From an uncultured Acidobacteriota bacterium (lineage in GTDB: Bacteria > Acidobacteriota > Thermoanaerobaculia > Gp7-AA8), in assembly GCA_963821585.1 (NCBI GenBank), contig CAWGEI010000005.1, positions 1,014,682-1,078,681 of the forward strand: a stretch of 64,000 nucleotides of DNA. The letters are read 5' to 3'. The notes under the pieces are model-generated. The model saw only the letters and a program-made list of their open reading frames with translations. It was not told where the DNA came from and did not search any database. Within the stretch, counting starts at the first letter, position 1, and the number at the start of each line of letters is the position of its first letter. Below are positions 54,562 to 64,000 of the stretch, one piece after another. The translations under genes were made by a program, and so were the position numbers.

Positions 54562-56162
54562 CGCTGCACCAGTTTGACGGCGTCGGCGATCACGTAACCG
54601 GCGCCGGACGTCCACCGGCTCACGCCGACGGCGTTGTAGTCGCCGGCGTTGAGGTGATAGATGCCGATGCTCACCCACGTCCCGCCGTTCCCCTGTTGAT
54701 TGACGACCTGTGTCACGTTTCCGCTCGACGTGGCCACGACGAACGGCGTCGAGGCGTTGTAGCCCGCGTTCGCGGGGTACCAGACATACACCTCGTAGTT
54801 GTCCGTGCTCGGGATGTTGAACTTGAACCATGCCGCGTCGCTTGCCGCGACAGGGTTCGCGTAGCGGTAATCCGCGCCGTAGCGTTGCGCGCTGTAGCTC
54901 GACACCGCCCAGTTCGCGCTGGCGGTGAACCGGCCGGCGGTGGCGTTGTCGACGATCTGCGACCACGTGCTGCCGATCACCAGCGAGCGGAATTGCGGCC
55001 AGTTGAAGCACGCGCCGGGGCAGGTCTTGGCCGTCGGAAAGTTCGTGTGGCCTTTGATCTTGAACGACGATGACTGCGGGAGCTCGGTGTCCCAGCCGAG
55101 GGAGGCGTCGTACGTGGCGGTGCGGGGGATGCCGTGGGAGTCGGCGATGTCGCGCGTGAGGGCGGACGAGCCGTTGTACATGGCGGTCGTGTACCACGCG
55201 CAGTTGTCGGCGAAGCCCTCGTGCTCGATGCCGATGGAGTAGCTGTTGTGACTCGCGACATGCCACGCCGTGTCGCTCTCCAGCACCATCTGCGTGACCT
55301 GGCCGTCGGACGAGCGCACGACGTAGTGCGCGCTCACGCTCGCGCTGCAGTTCTTGAACCACGAGATCGTGCCCGCGTACGACCCCTGCGCGATGTGCTC
55401 GGCCACGTGCGTGACCGCGCTGGAGCGGCCCGCGCCGTAGTTGCAGGTCGCGGCCGGGTCCCAGATGGCGGGAGCGTAATCGGTGGAGTCGCCGCCGATG
55501 CGTCCGCGCGGGGCGGCGTCGATCGTCAGGCGCTCGGCCGAGAGGATGGCGAGCTTCTCGGCGCCGTAGATCGCGTCGAGCGCGATCTCGCGCTGCGCGA
55601 TGCGGTAGCTCTCGCCCTGACGTCCGGAGAGGATGGTGTTGAACACGTCGTAGGTGTGCATCTCCGCGATCGCCGGCTGCGGGATACCGCTCAGCCGCGC
55701 GACCGCAGGCTCCCACAACTCGATCGCGTCGGCCGATCCGAGTCCGCCGCCGTACTGCGCGAGGAGCGCCGCCGCGCCGCGGATGTTGAGCTCCGGATCG
55801 CGCTGCAACTCCTCCGCGGTCCGTCCGAGGAGCGCGGCGGCGTCGCGGAGGGAATGGCCGAAGTAGTCGTCGTCGCGGAGACCCATGACGCCGAACGCCG
55901 GCGGCTGATGCTCGTCGTCGAGCACGAGCTTCGCCTGACGGCCCGCGAACGGGAGCTCCCGCGTCCGAGCCGGCGCCGGGACCATGTGTTTCCAGCGGCT
56001 CTCGACAAATGCGACCGACTGCAGGACTTCCACCGGGACGCCGAACTCCTCCGACGCCACGGCGAACCAGCGGTTCATCTGTTCGGCTTCAGCGGTGAGC
56101 CCGGATGCGGCAAGTGGGACGGCGAGCGTGAGCAGAAGGAGCAGCGCAATTTTTCTCAACAT
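54558..56162 (-). CDS. Secreted N-acetylmuramoyl-L-alanine amidase (Amidase_2) with N-terminal lysozyme-like and C-terminal golvesin/CBM-like domains
   Basis: Signal peptide; VAFVESRW; SAHYVV, AWHV, SIGIEHEG, GH...TCPG; IVDN...YEVYVWYP...IADAVK. Confidence 0.85.
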   Translation of the reverse strand: MLRKIALLLLLTLAVPLAASGLTAEAEQMNRWFAVASEEFGVPVEVLQSVAFVESRWKHMVPAPARTRELPFAGRQAKLVLDDEHQPPAFGVMGLRDDDYFGHSLRDAAALLGRTAEELQRDPELNIRGAAALLAQYGGGLGSADAIELWEPAVARLSGIPQPAIAEMHTYDVFNTILSGRQGESYRIAQREIALDAIYGAEKLAILSAERLTIDAAPRGRIGGDSTDYAPAIWDPAATCNYGAGRSSAVTHVAEHIAQGSYAGTISWFKNCSASVSAHYVVRSSDGQVTQMVLESDTAWHVASHNSYSIGIEHEGFADNCAWYTTAMYNGSSALTRDIADSHGIPRTATYDASLGWDTELPQSSSFKIKGHTNFPTAKTCPGACFNWPQFRSLVIGSTWSQIVDNATAGRFTASANWAVSSYSAQRYGADYRYANPVAASDAAWFKFNIPSTDNYEVYVWYPANAGYNASTPFVVATSSGNVTQVVNQQGNGGTWVSIGIYHLNAGDYNAVGVSRWTSGAGYVIADAVKLVQR

Positions 56163-56175
56163 GGCCGGCCGGTGG

Positions 56176-56191
56176 AGCAACCGAGGTGCCG
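56176..56191 (-). promoter_or_regulatory. Putative sigma54 promoter for the amidase
   Basis: Minus strand CGGCACCTCGGTTGCT, close to consensus TGGCAC-N5-TTGCW. Confidence 0.6.
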
Positions 56192-56346
56192 CAGGCCTGA
56201 AATGCGGAAGTGCTTCAAAAATAAGGGAGCACGTAGAACGGAGGCGGATCAGAAACTGAGCGTCCGCGCAGTGGCTGACCCAGGGGCGGGCAAGGGTGTG
56301 ACCCGCCGGCATCCGCTATGATCGTGGCAAGGATGAAGGTGGAAGG

Positions 56347-56616
56347 ATGAAGGGTGAAACTCAGATCGGAGATGACGACCCGCTCGATCGCGAGATCGAC
56401 TTCTCGAATGCGCGTCCGAATCCGCACTTCCTCTCGTATCACAGCCCGAGGACGGTTCGCGTTCTGGAGCCGGAGCTTGCGGAGCTCTTTCCCGACAACG
56501 ACTCGGTCAACGCGGCACTTCGCAGTGTCTCGGACGCCGCGTCACGCATGCGCCCGCAAAAGGTGAGAGCACAACGGACGACCGCGCCCAAGAAAGCGAA
56601 GAAAGCCCATTCATGA
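56347..56616 (+). CDS. BrnA-like antitoxin, copy 1
   Basis: EIDFSNARPNP...LEPELAELFPDNDSVNAALR; paralogue of 56944-57207. Confidence 0.75.
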   Translation: MKGETQIGDDDPLDREIDFSNARPNPHFLSYHSPRTVRVLEPELAELFPDNDSVNAALRSVSDAASRMRPQKVRAQRTTAPKKAKKAHS

Positions 56617-56675
56617 CGAAACCACGCGCGATCGTTCTAGGCGGATGATCGGCGTTCACCGGTTGAGCACCTGAC

Positions 56676-56969
56676 GTGATTCCGAACTTCGACTGGGACC
56701 TTCGCAAAGCCCGCGAGAACGAGCGGAAGCACGGGGTGACGTTCGAGGAGGCGGCGACGGTGTTCGCTGACTTTGACGCATTCATCGATGACGATCTCGA
56801 TCACTCCGGCGCGGAGGATCGCTTTATCATCATCGGCATATCGGCGCGCGAGCGCACGCTGTTGATCGTGTACACCATTCGCATGGAAGACGTCGTCCGG
56901 ATCATCAGCAGCCGGCCAGCCATGCGGCATGAGAAGAGACTCTATGAAGAAAAAAATCGCCCCGTCTGA
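56676..56969 (+). CDS. brnT: BrnT family ribonuclease toxin
   Basis: FDWDLRKARENERKHGVTFEEAATVF...EDRF...RIISSR. Confidence 0.9.
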   Translation: MIPNFDWDLRKARENERKHGVTFEEAATVFADFDAFIDDDLDHSGAEDRFIIIGISARERTLLIVYTIRMEDVVRIISSRPAMRHEKRLYEEKNRPV

Positions 56970-57207
56970 CGATCCTCTCGATCGCGAAATCGACTTCTCG
57001 AATGCGCGCCCGAATCCGTACGCACGCGACTACTACAAGTCGCGAAACCTCCGTGTGCTCGCGCCGGACCTGCTGGACGTGTTTCCTGATTCCGAATCGG
57101 TGAACGAAGCGCTCCGGACGCTCGTGCGGATCACTGCGGCCATGCCGCAGCGTGTCAGCGCGAAAACGGCGACAGCTCCCAAGAAAGCAAAGAAAGCCCA
57201 TTCATGA
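56944..57207 (+). CDS. BrnA-like antitoxin, copy 2
   Basis: Overlaps the brnT 3' end; EIDFSNARPNPY...LAPDLLDVFPDSESVNEALR. Confidence 0.8.
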   Translation: MKKKIAPSDDPLDREIDFSNARPNPYARDYYKSRNLRVLAPDLLDVFPDSESVNEALRTLVRITAAMPQRVSAKTATAPKKAKKAHS

Positions 57208-58409
57208 CGAAACCTCGTGCAATTGTCCTCGTCTGCGACTCCCTCGGCGTCGGTGAGCTGCCCGATGCCGCCGAATTTGGCGACGAAGGCTCCAACACCC
57301 TCGGCCACGTCCTCGACACGCAGCACCCGCAACTCCCCACGCTGACGAAGCTGGGCCTCCTGCACACGTTGCCCACACCGGCGACGACGGAGCACGCCAC
57401 CGCTGCCTACGGCCGGATGGCCGAGCTGAGCGCGGGGAAGGACACGACTACGGGGCACTGGGAAATGATGGGCCTCGTGGTCGAGGATCCGTTCCGCACG
57501 TATCCGGACGGGTTTCCGCGCGGGATCATCGAGGAGTACGAGCGGCGCATCGGGCGGAGGACGCTGGGGAACAAGCCGGCGTCGGGGACGGTGATCCTGG
57601 ACGAGCTGGGCGAGGAGCACATGCGCACCGGGTGCGCCGATCGTCTACACGTCGGGCGATTCGGTGTTCCAGGTCGCGGCGCACGAGGAAATCATCCCGG
57701 TCGAGGAGCTTTGGCGGATCTGCGCCGAGGCGCGGGAGCTGATGCGCGGGGAGCACAACGTCGGGCGGATCATCGCGCGGCCGTTCATCGGCACCGGCAC
57801 CGGGCATTTCAAGCGCACCGCGAACCGGAAGGATTTCTCGGTCAAGCCGACGGGCGAGACAGTGCGTCGAGCGAGCGCACAAGGCCGGACGCGAAGTCAT
57901 CGGCCTGGGCAAGATCGCCGACATCTTCGACCGCGTCGGGATCGGCACGGAGATCCGTACGGAGTCGAACTCCGACGGCATGCGCAAGACGATGCGACCT
58001 GATCCGGGAGTCGAGCGCGGACTTCATCTTCACGAACTTGGTCGATTTCGACTCGAAGTACGGGCATCGCAACGACGCCGTCGGTTATGCGAAGGCGCTG
58101 GAGACGTTCGACGGCGAGCTGGCCGGCGCTGCTGGAGTCGCTGCGGGAGAACGACCTGGTGTTCATCACGGCCGACCACGGCTGCGATCCGACGGACGTC
58201 TCCACCGATCACACGCGCGAATACGTGCCGCTGATCGTCGCCGGTCCGGGCATTCGCGGCGCGCGTCCCCTGGGCACGCGCAGCACGTTCGCCGACCTCG
58301 GCGCGACGCTGTGCGATCTGCTGGAGCTATCGAAAACGGGACTGGCCGGGACGAGTGTCGATCGGCGAGCTGGGGCTTGCCCGAGCGGAGTGAGGGGGTG
58401 GAGCGATGA
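57204..58409 (+). CDS. deoB: Phosphopentomutase (frameshifted after ~57630; end approximate)
   Basis: [59 protein letters not shown]. Confidence 0.92.
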   Translation: MTKPRAIVLVCDSLGVGELPDAAEFGDEGSNTLGHVLDTQHPQLPTLTKLGLLHTLPTPATTEHATAAYGRMAELSAGKDTTTGHWEMMGLVVEDPFRTYPDGFPRGIIEEYERRIGRRTLGNKPASGTVILDELGEEHMRTGCADRLHVGRFGVPGRGARGNHPGRGALADLRRGAGADARGAQRRADHRAAVHRHRHRAFQAHREPEGFLGQADGRDSASSERTRPDAKSSAWARSPTSSTASGSARRSVRSRTPTACARRCDLIRESSADFIFTNLVDFDSKYGHRNDAVGYAKALETFDGELAGAAGVAAGERPGVHHGRPRLRSDGRLHRSHARIRAADRRRSGHSRRASPGHAQHVRRPRRDAVRSAGAIENGTGRDECRSASWGLPERSEGVER

Positions 58410-59320
58410 AACGGGCCTTGTCGATTTTTCTGGTTGCGACCGCGATCGAAGCACAGCAGCAGAACGTCGTCCAGCGCATCGCGGACGACGCGCTGGTCTT
58501 CGATCGCGTGGCGCAGGCCAGCAAGCGCGACCTGCCGCGCGACCTGCTGAAGCGCATCGTCAAGGAAGACATCGAGCTGCTGCGCGGGAAGCGCCGGACG
58601 GCTCGTACGAGTTCGCGAACTTCGAGCGCTTCGACTCCGGCCGCATCGACGAAATCGTTCTCCATCCAGCCCGCGGCAAGGGGAAGATGGCAGACGGTGG
58701 AGATGAAGGGCGACTGGGTCTACCGGGTCGATCGATCGAGGTGCCGTCGCGCAAGCTCCTGGTGCGCAGGAACCGCCCCGTCTGGGTCGAGCGGGTCGAC
58801 CTCGACTACATCGCCGAGCGCGGCTCGCAGTCGCGAGCAGCAGTCGATCGAGGTGCAAGCAGTGGCTGCAGCCGGGCGAAGTTCGTCCGGTCGACTTCCC
58901 CGCCATCGCGCAAGCGGCCACGGTGAACGTCATCGCCACGGCGGAGGAGAAGGGCGGCTACGGGAACATCGACGTCGTCGCTGGTGCAAGGCCCGGATCG
59001 TCGACGAACGCCGACAGCCCGTATGCCGAGGCGGTCGCGAGCGCCAAGGCGGTCCTACGCGCGCTGGACAACGGCGACATGGCGTCGATGCGCGCCACGG
59101 CGCAGCGGATGCGGTCGTCCGCCGGCGGGTCGATGACGGTCCTGGCGCGCGCGGCCGAGGTGCCCGTGGTGGTGCCGCAGGCCGCAGCCGCAGACCGACT
59201 GTCCAGCCGGAGATGCAGACCGAGCTGCAGATGATCGAAGATCTGCTGACCGGCACGGAGCGGAGCGGCGCGAGGGGATGGATCGGCTGCACCAGCTCAT
59301 CCGGCGTTTGCGGCAGATAA
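58406..59320 (+). CDS. Hypothetical secreted protein (frameshifted)
   Basis: Signal-like [16 protein letters not shown]; coherent peptide segments across frames. Confidence 0.55.
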   Translation: MKRALSIFLVATAIEAQQQNVVQRIADDALVFDRVAQASKRDLPRDLLKRIVKEDIELLRGKRRTARTSSRTSSASTPAASTKSFSIQPAARGRWQTVEMKGDWVYRVDRSRCRRASSWCAGTAPSGSSGSTSTTSPSAARSREQQSIEVQAVAAAGRSSSGRLPRHRASGHGERHRHGGGEGRLREHRRRRWCKARIVDERRQPVCRGGRERQGGPTRAGQRRHGVDARHGAADAVVRRRVDDGPGARGRGARGGAAGRSRRPTVQPEMQTELQMIEDLLTGTERSGARGWIGCTSSSGVCGR

Positions 59321-59404
59321 GGTGGCGACGGATCGCGCCCGAAAATTGCAATGCCCGGGACGCGCGCAGCACACGCCCGCTGCGCGATGAACAGTTTTGA
59401 TGGT

Positions 59405-59433
59405 TTGACGCGCATGGATCGCTGACGTAGAAT
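59405..59433 (+). promoter_or_regulatory. Sigma70 promoter of carD
   Basis: TTGACG-17 nt-TAGAAT. Confidence 0.8.
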
Positions 59434-59483
59434 GCCGATCCCTCTGGTTGTACCCCTTATGCACTTTCCGAAAGGAGCCTCAC

Positions 59484-60014
59484 TTGTCGTCAGTCAAAAT
59501 CAGTTTCAAGGTCGGGGACAAGCTCGTTTACCCGAACCACGGTGTGACCGTGGTCGAGCATATCGGCGAGTCGCCGATCATGCCGCAGGGTGACAGCTAC
59601 TATCACCTTCGGCTTCTCGCGAATAATTCGCGGCTGGTGGTGCCGATCACGAACCAGGACCGCGTCGGTCTGCGCCGTCTGTACCAGCAGAAGGAGATCA
59701 AAGGTCTTCTGGGCCTGCTCGAACAGAAGCTGGTGAAGAGCCACACGGACTGGAAGGGCCGTTACCGCGAGAACCTCGAGAAGATGAAGACCGGTCGCCT
59801 CGAGGACGTCGCTGACGTCCTGAAGAACCTCAACGAAGTGCAGAAACGGAAGAGCCTCTCGTTCCGCGAGAAGAAGATGTACGACCGCGCCAAGTACCTG
59901 CTCGTTTCGGAAGTCGCGATCGTCAAGGACATCCCGGAGCTGGAAGCCGAGAAGCTCATCCACAAGTGCCTGGAGAAGAGCCTCGCCCCCATGGCCGCGG
60001 CCCTCGGTCACTAG
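59484..60014 (+). CDS. carD: CarD/CdnL family transcription factor
   Basis: FKVGDKLVYPNHGV, WKGRYRE, LSFREKKM; AAGGAG RBS before TTG 59484. Confidence 0.93.
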   Translation: MSSVKISFKVGDKLVYPNHGVTVVEHIGESPIMPQGDSYYHLRLLANNSRLVVPITNQDRVGLRRLYQQKEIKGLLGLLEQKLVKSHTDWKGRYRENLEKMKTGRLEDVADVLKNLNEVQKRKSLSFREKKMYDRAKYLLVSEVAIVKDIPELEAEKLIHKCLEKSLAPMAAALGH

Positions 60015-60056
60015 TCGGCGGATCCACTGACTCCCGGAAGATTCACGAGCACCCCC

Positions 60057-60091
60057 AAGTGCCGCTTCGCAAGGGCGGCACTTTTTTGTTT
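60057..60091 (+). terminator. Rho-independent terminator after carD
   Basis: AAGTGCCGCTTC-GCAA-GGGCGGCACTT followed by TTTTGTTT. Confidence 0.85.
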
Positions 60092-60098
60092 GTAATCA

Positions 60099-61025
<927 letters not shown>

Positions 61026-61946
61026 ACCCGAGAAAACGCCGTACTTCGTCACCTATCTGCCGATCTTTCTCGACTACCTCGCGGTCGAGAAGGGCCTGGC
61101 CAGGAACTCGCTGTCGGCCTACGCGTCCGACCTGCGCCACTTCGGCCACTGGCTGGAGGAGCAGCGGCTGCGAGTCGACCGGGTCGAGCGCATCCACATC
61201 GTCAAGTACTTCCAGTGGCTGCGCGGCGCCGGCATCTCGCCCGCGCAGCGTGGCCCGCGCGCTGGCAGCCATCCGCGGCCTGTTCCGCTTCCTCGTCGCC
61301 GAGCGGCATCTGAAGAAGGATCCGACCGAGAACCTCGAGAACCCGAAGCTCTGGGCGACGCTGCCGAAGTCGATGCAGCCCGAGGAGGTCGAGGCGCTGC
61401 TGGCCGCGCCGGACCGCGTCGACGGCCGACGGCCTGCGCGACGCGGCCATGCTGGAGCTGCTCTACGCCACCGGCCTGCGCGTCAGCGAGCTGATCAAGG
61501 TGCGGATCGACGAGGTCGTGCTGGACGCCGGCTTCCTGCGCACGATCGGCAAGGGCTCCAAGGAGCGCATCGTGCCGTTCGGCGACACGGCCCGCGACGT
61601 GATCGTGCAGTACATGGAGAAGGGCCGCCCCGAGCTCGACAAGTACACCGACCCGCACCTCTTCCTCTCGCGCCTCGCCCGGCCGATGACGCGGCAGTCG
61701 TTCTGGATGAAGATCACCCGCTACGCGCGCGAAGCGGGGATGAAGGCGCACATCTCGCCGCACGTCCTCCGCCACTCGTTCGCCACCCACCTCCTCGAGA
61801 ACGGCGCGGACCTCCGCAGCGTGCAGATGATGCTCGGCCACGCCGACATCTCCACGACCCAGATCTACACGCACGTCTCCCGGGCCCGGCTGCAGAAGAT
61901 GTACGAGAAGTTCCACCCGCGGGCGTGAGGGCCGTCGCAGAGTCCG

Positions 61947-62026
61947 AGCCCGCGTAGGGGCCCAGAGGAGCACGGCTTCAGGCGGGGAGACGGGACGCCG
62001 AAACGAGCCCGCGTAGCGGGCGACAG
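61947..62026 (+). repeat. Single degenerate family-3 arm
   Basis: AGCCCGCGTAGGGGGC...CGGCTTCAGGCGGGG...AGCCCGCGTAGCGGGCGACAG. Confidence 0.7.
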
Positions 62027-62074
62027 TAATCAGGGGCATAATCGTCCTACCAGAGCCGTTATAACCGCGCTCCC

Positions 62075-62835
62075 ATGCGTACTCTTGCTTTTGCCAGCCA
62101 TGCTTCTCCTCGCCATTCCGGCGAGCGCGAGCATTGCGCGTGTTCGCCGACGGGCGGAACACCAAGATCGAGACCTACGCGGTCGAGGCCGACCTGATCC
62201 ACCTCACTCTCCAGGGCGGCGGGAAGCTCTCCCTGCCCCTGACCCGCATCGAGCGCATCGTCGACGACGAGATCGTACCGGCCGAGGTCGTCGCAGAGGT
62301 CAAGAAGATCGTCGAGGAGCAGGGCGGCGTCTTCCCCAAGCGCTCCTGGCGCTACAGCGAGCGCAGCAAGCCGTTGTGCCAGTCGAAGTACAACGAGATC
62401 ATCGTCGCCGCCGCGCAGCAAGTTCGACATCGACGCGGCGCTCGTTTCCGCCGTCATCAAGGCCGAGTCCGACTACAACCCGCCGCACCGTTTCCCACAA
62501 AGGCGCACGCGGCCTGATGCAGCTCATGCCCGCCACCGCCAAGCGCTTCGGCGTCACCAACTCCTTCGATCCGCGAGGAGAACATCCACGCCGGAACGCG
62601 CTACCTGCGCTGGCTCCTGAAGACCTTCGACGGCAACGCCGACCTCGCCGTCGCGGCCTACAACGCCGGCGAAGGGAACGTCTGGAAGTACGACGGCGTC
62701 CCCCCGTTCCGCGAGACGGTGAACTACATCAACCGCATCGCGAAGCACATCCGCAAGGCGATCGACAACGAAATCATCCCCGGCGCCGTCGAAGAAGCCT
62801 CCGCCATCACGACCGTGGCCGGCGCCTCGCGCTAG
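62075..62835 (+). CDS. Lytic transglycosylase (SLT domain), frameshifted
   Basis: Signal peptide; AVIKAES, GARGLMQLMPATA, AAYNAGEG and PPFRETVNY read across frames. Confidence 0.88.
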
Positions 62836-64000
62836 CTAGCCGGACAGCGCGGCGGCGAGCTCGCCGATCTGGACCGCGGCGTCGCTGCGCCTCAGCAGCC
62901 GGTCGAACCGCAACACCATCACCGTGCGGTCGTCGTCCGCCGGGCGTGCGCCCGAGTGACGCGCCACCGCGTCGAGGATCGTGTCGCGTACCGCGGACGG
63001 TGAGCGATCCTCCACCGCGCCGAGGAGCGACTCGAGCTTGTCGAAGCCGAGGGGCTCGCCGTCCTCGTCCTGCGCCTCGACGATGCCGTCGGAGAGATAG
63101 ACGATCGTGTCGCCTTCCTGCAGCGGCACCTCCACCGTGCGCGTCGTCGTGTGCTCGCGGACGCCGAGCGGCAGGGACGGGCACTCGATCGCCAGCGCTG
63201 CCGTCGCGCCGTCGCGGAGCAGGTACGGGTAGAGATGCCCGGCATTCGTGTGGCGGATCGTGCCGCGCTCGAGATCGAAGATCGTGAACGCCAGGGTCAT
63301 GAACGCGCGCCGCTCGGTGGAGCGGAACACCAGGTCGTTCAGCCGGCGGAACAGCGACACCTCGTCCGCGCCTTCTTCCACGAGGGTGGTGAGTGCGGCC
63401 TTCACCATCGCCATCACCAGGCCCGTTGACAGGCCGTGCCCCGACACGTCGCCGATCGCGACCGCCAGGCGTGTTTTGTCGAGGTTGAAGACGTCGTAGT
63501 AGTCGCCGCCGATCGACGTCGTCGGCTCGAAGTGCGCGGAGAACGACACGCCGCCGAACTGCGGCCCTTCCTTCGGCAGGAGGTTGCGCTGGATCGTCGC
63601 CGCGATCTCGATCTCGCTCTGCAGGCGCTCCTTCTCCGAGACCGTGGCCAGCAGCGACGCGATCGACGCGGTCATGCTGTCGAACGACTGGGCCATGGCG
63701 CCGAGCTGGTTGCGGCGCTTCATCTTGATGCGGTACGAGAAGTCGCCGCGCTCGACCGCGCGCGTGCCCTTCTCGATGCGGTTCACCGCCCGCGAGATGG
63801 AGAAGATCAGCACGCTCGCGAACAGCGCGGCGATCGCGTACATCATCAGCAGCATCACCGTCAGGACGATGATCACCCGCAGGAGCAGCTCGAAATAGCG
63901 GCCGCCCGATTCGCCGAAGTAGTACGACAGCAGGTTGCGCGGCGGGTTGATGATCAGCGAGAAGAGGCGGTGCGATTCGTCGGACTTGCCGGTCTGCCAG
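62836..64000 (-). CDS. HAMP plus PP2C/SpoIIE (RsbU-like) phosphatase, 5' end beyond the window
   Basis: GGDYYD, IGDVSGHG, NAGH, SDGIVE, DDRT; HAMP and TM upstream. Confidence 0.92.
   Translation of the reverse strand, partial: WQTGKSDESHRLFSLIINPPRNLLSYYFGESGGRYFELLLRVIIVLTVMLLMMYAIAALFASVLIFSISRAVNRIEKGTRAVERGDFSYRIKMKRRNQLGAMAQSFDSMTASIASLLATVSEKERLQSEIEIAATIQRNLLPKEGPQFGGVSFSAHFEPTTSIGGDYYDVFNLDKTRLAVAIGDVSGHGLSTGLVMAMVKAALTTLVEEGADEVSLFRRLNDLVFRSTERRAFMTLAFTIFDLERGTIRHTNAGHLYPYLLRDGATAALAIECPSLPLGVREHTTTRTVEVPLQEGDTIVYLSDGIVEAQDEDGEPLGFDKLESLLGAVEDRSPSAVRDTILDAVARHSGARPADDDRTVMVLRFDRLLRRSDAAVQIGELAAALSG

Overview
This is a GC-rich bacterial chromosomal window. The gene content (VWA-domain protein, three YfhO paralogues, a carboxypeptidase-regulatory repeat protein, CarD) suggests Acidobacteriota, possibly Thermoanaerobaculia; this is an inference. 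About 60 CDSs are mostly housekeeping or envelope genes (xth, aroA, glgC, rph, tyrA, queC/queE, mce, pdp, deoB, carD, lipA, xerD, ABC exporters, peptidases). I found no rRNA, tRNA, CRISPR array or transposase. Two blocks (~14.5-18.8 kb and ~57.6-62.6 kb) are full of 1-nt indels and are most likely assembly errors, not pseudogenes. The most unusual signals are non-genic. (1) At least 8 families of short palindromic or periodic repeats occur; they supply stop codons, C-termini, a -10 box and an RBS to host genes, and three lie in-frame inside genes (clearest: a complete REP doublet inside a YfhO gene). (2) Two phased 20-21-bp dyad arrays lie between convergent genes. (3) TAnnnT boxes sit 8-10 nt before many start codons, suggesting leaderless mRNAs, including overlapping bidirectional pairs. 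(4) A BrnA-BrnT-BrnA module carries a synonymously diverged duplicate of the deoB start and is linked by coupled micro-ORFs. (5) An HNH gene has integron-cassette-like ends. (6) Three sigma54-type promoters occur, one driving a 49-aa small protein. I cannot demonstrate a complete new multi-gene system from sequence alone.
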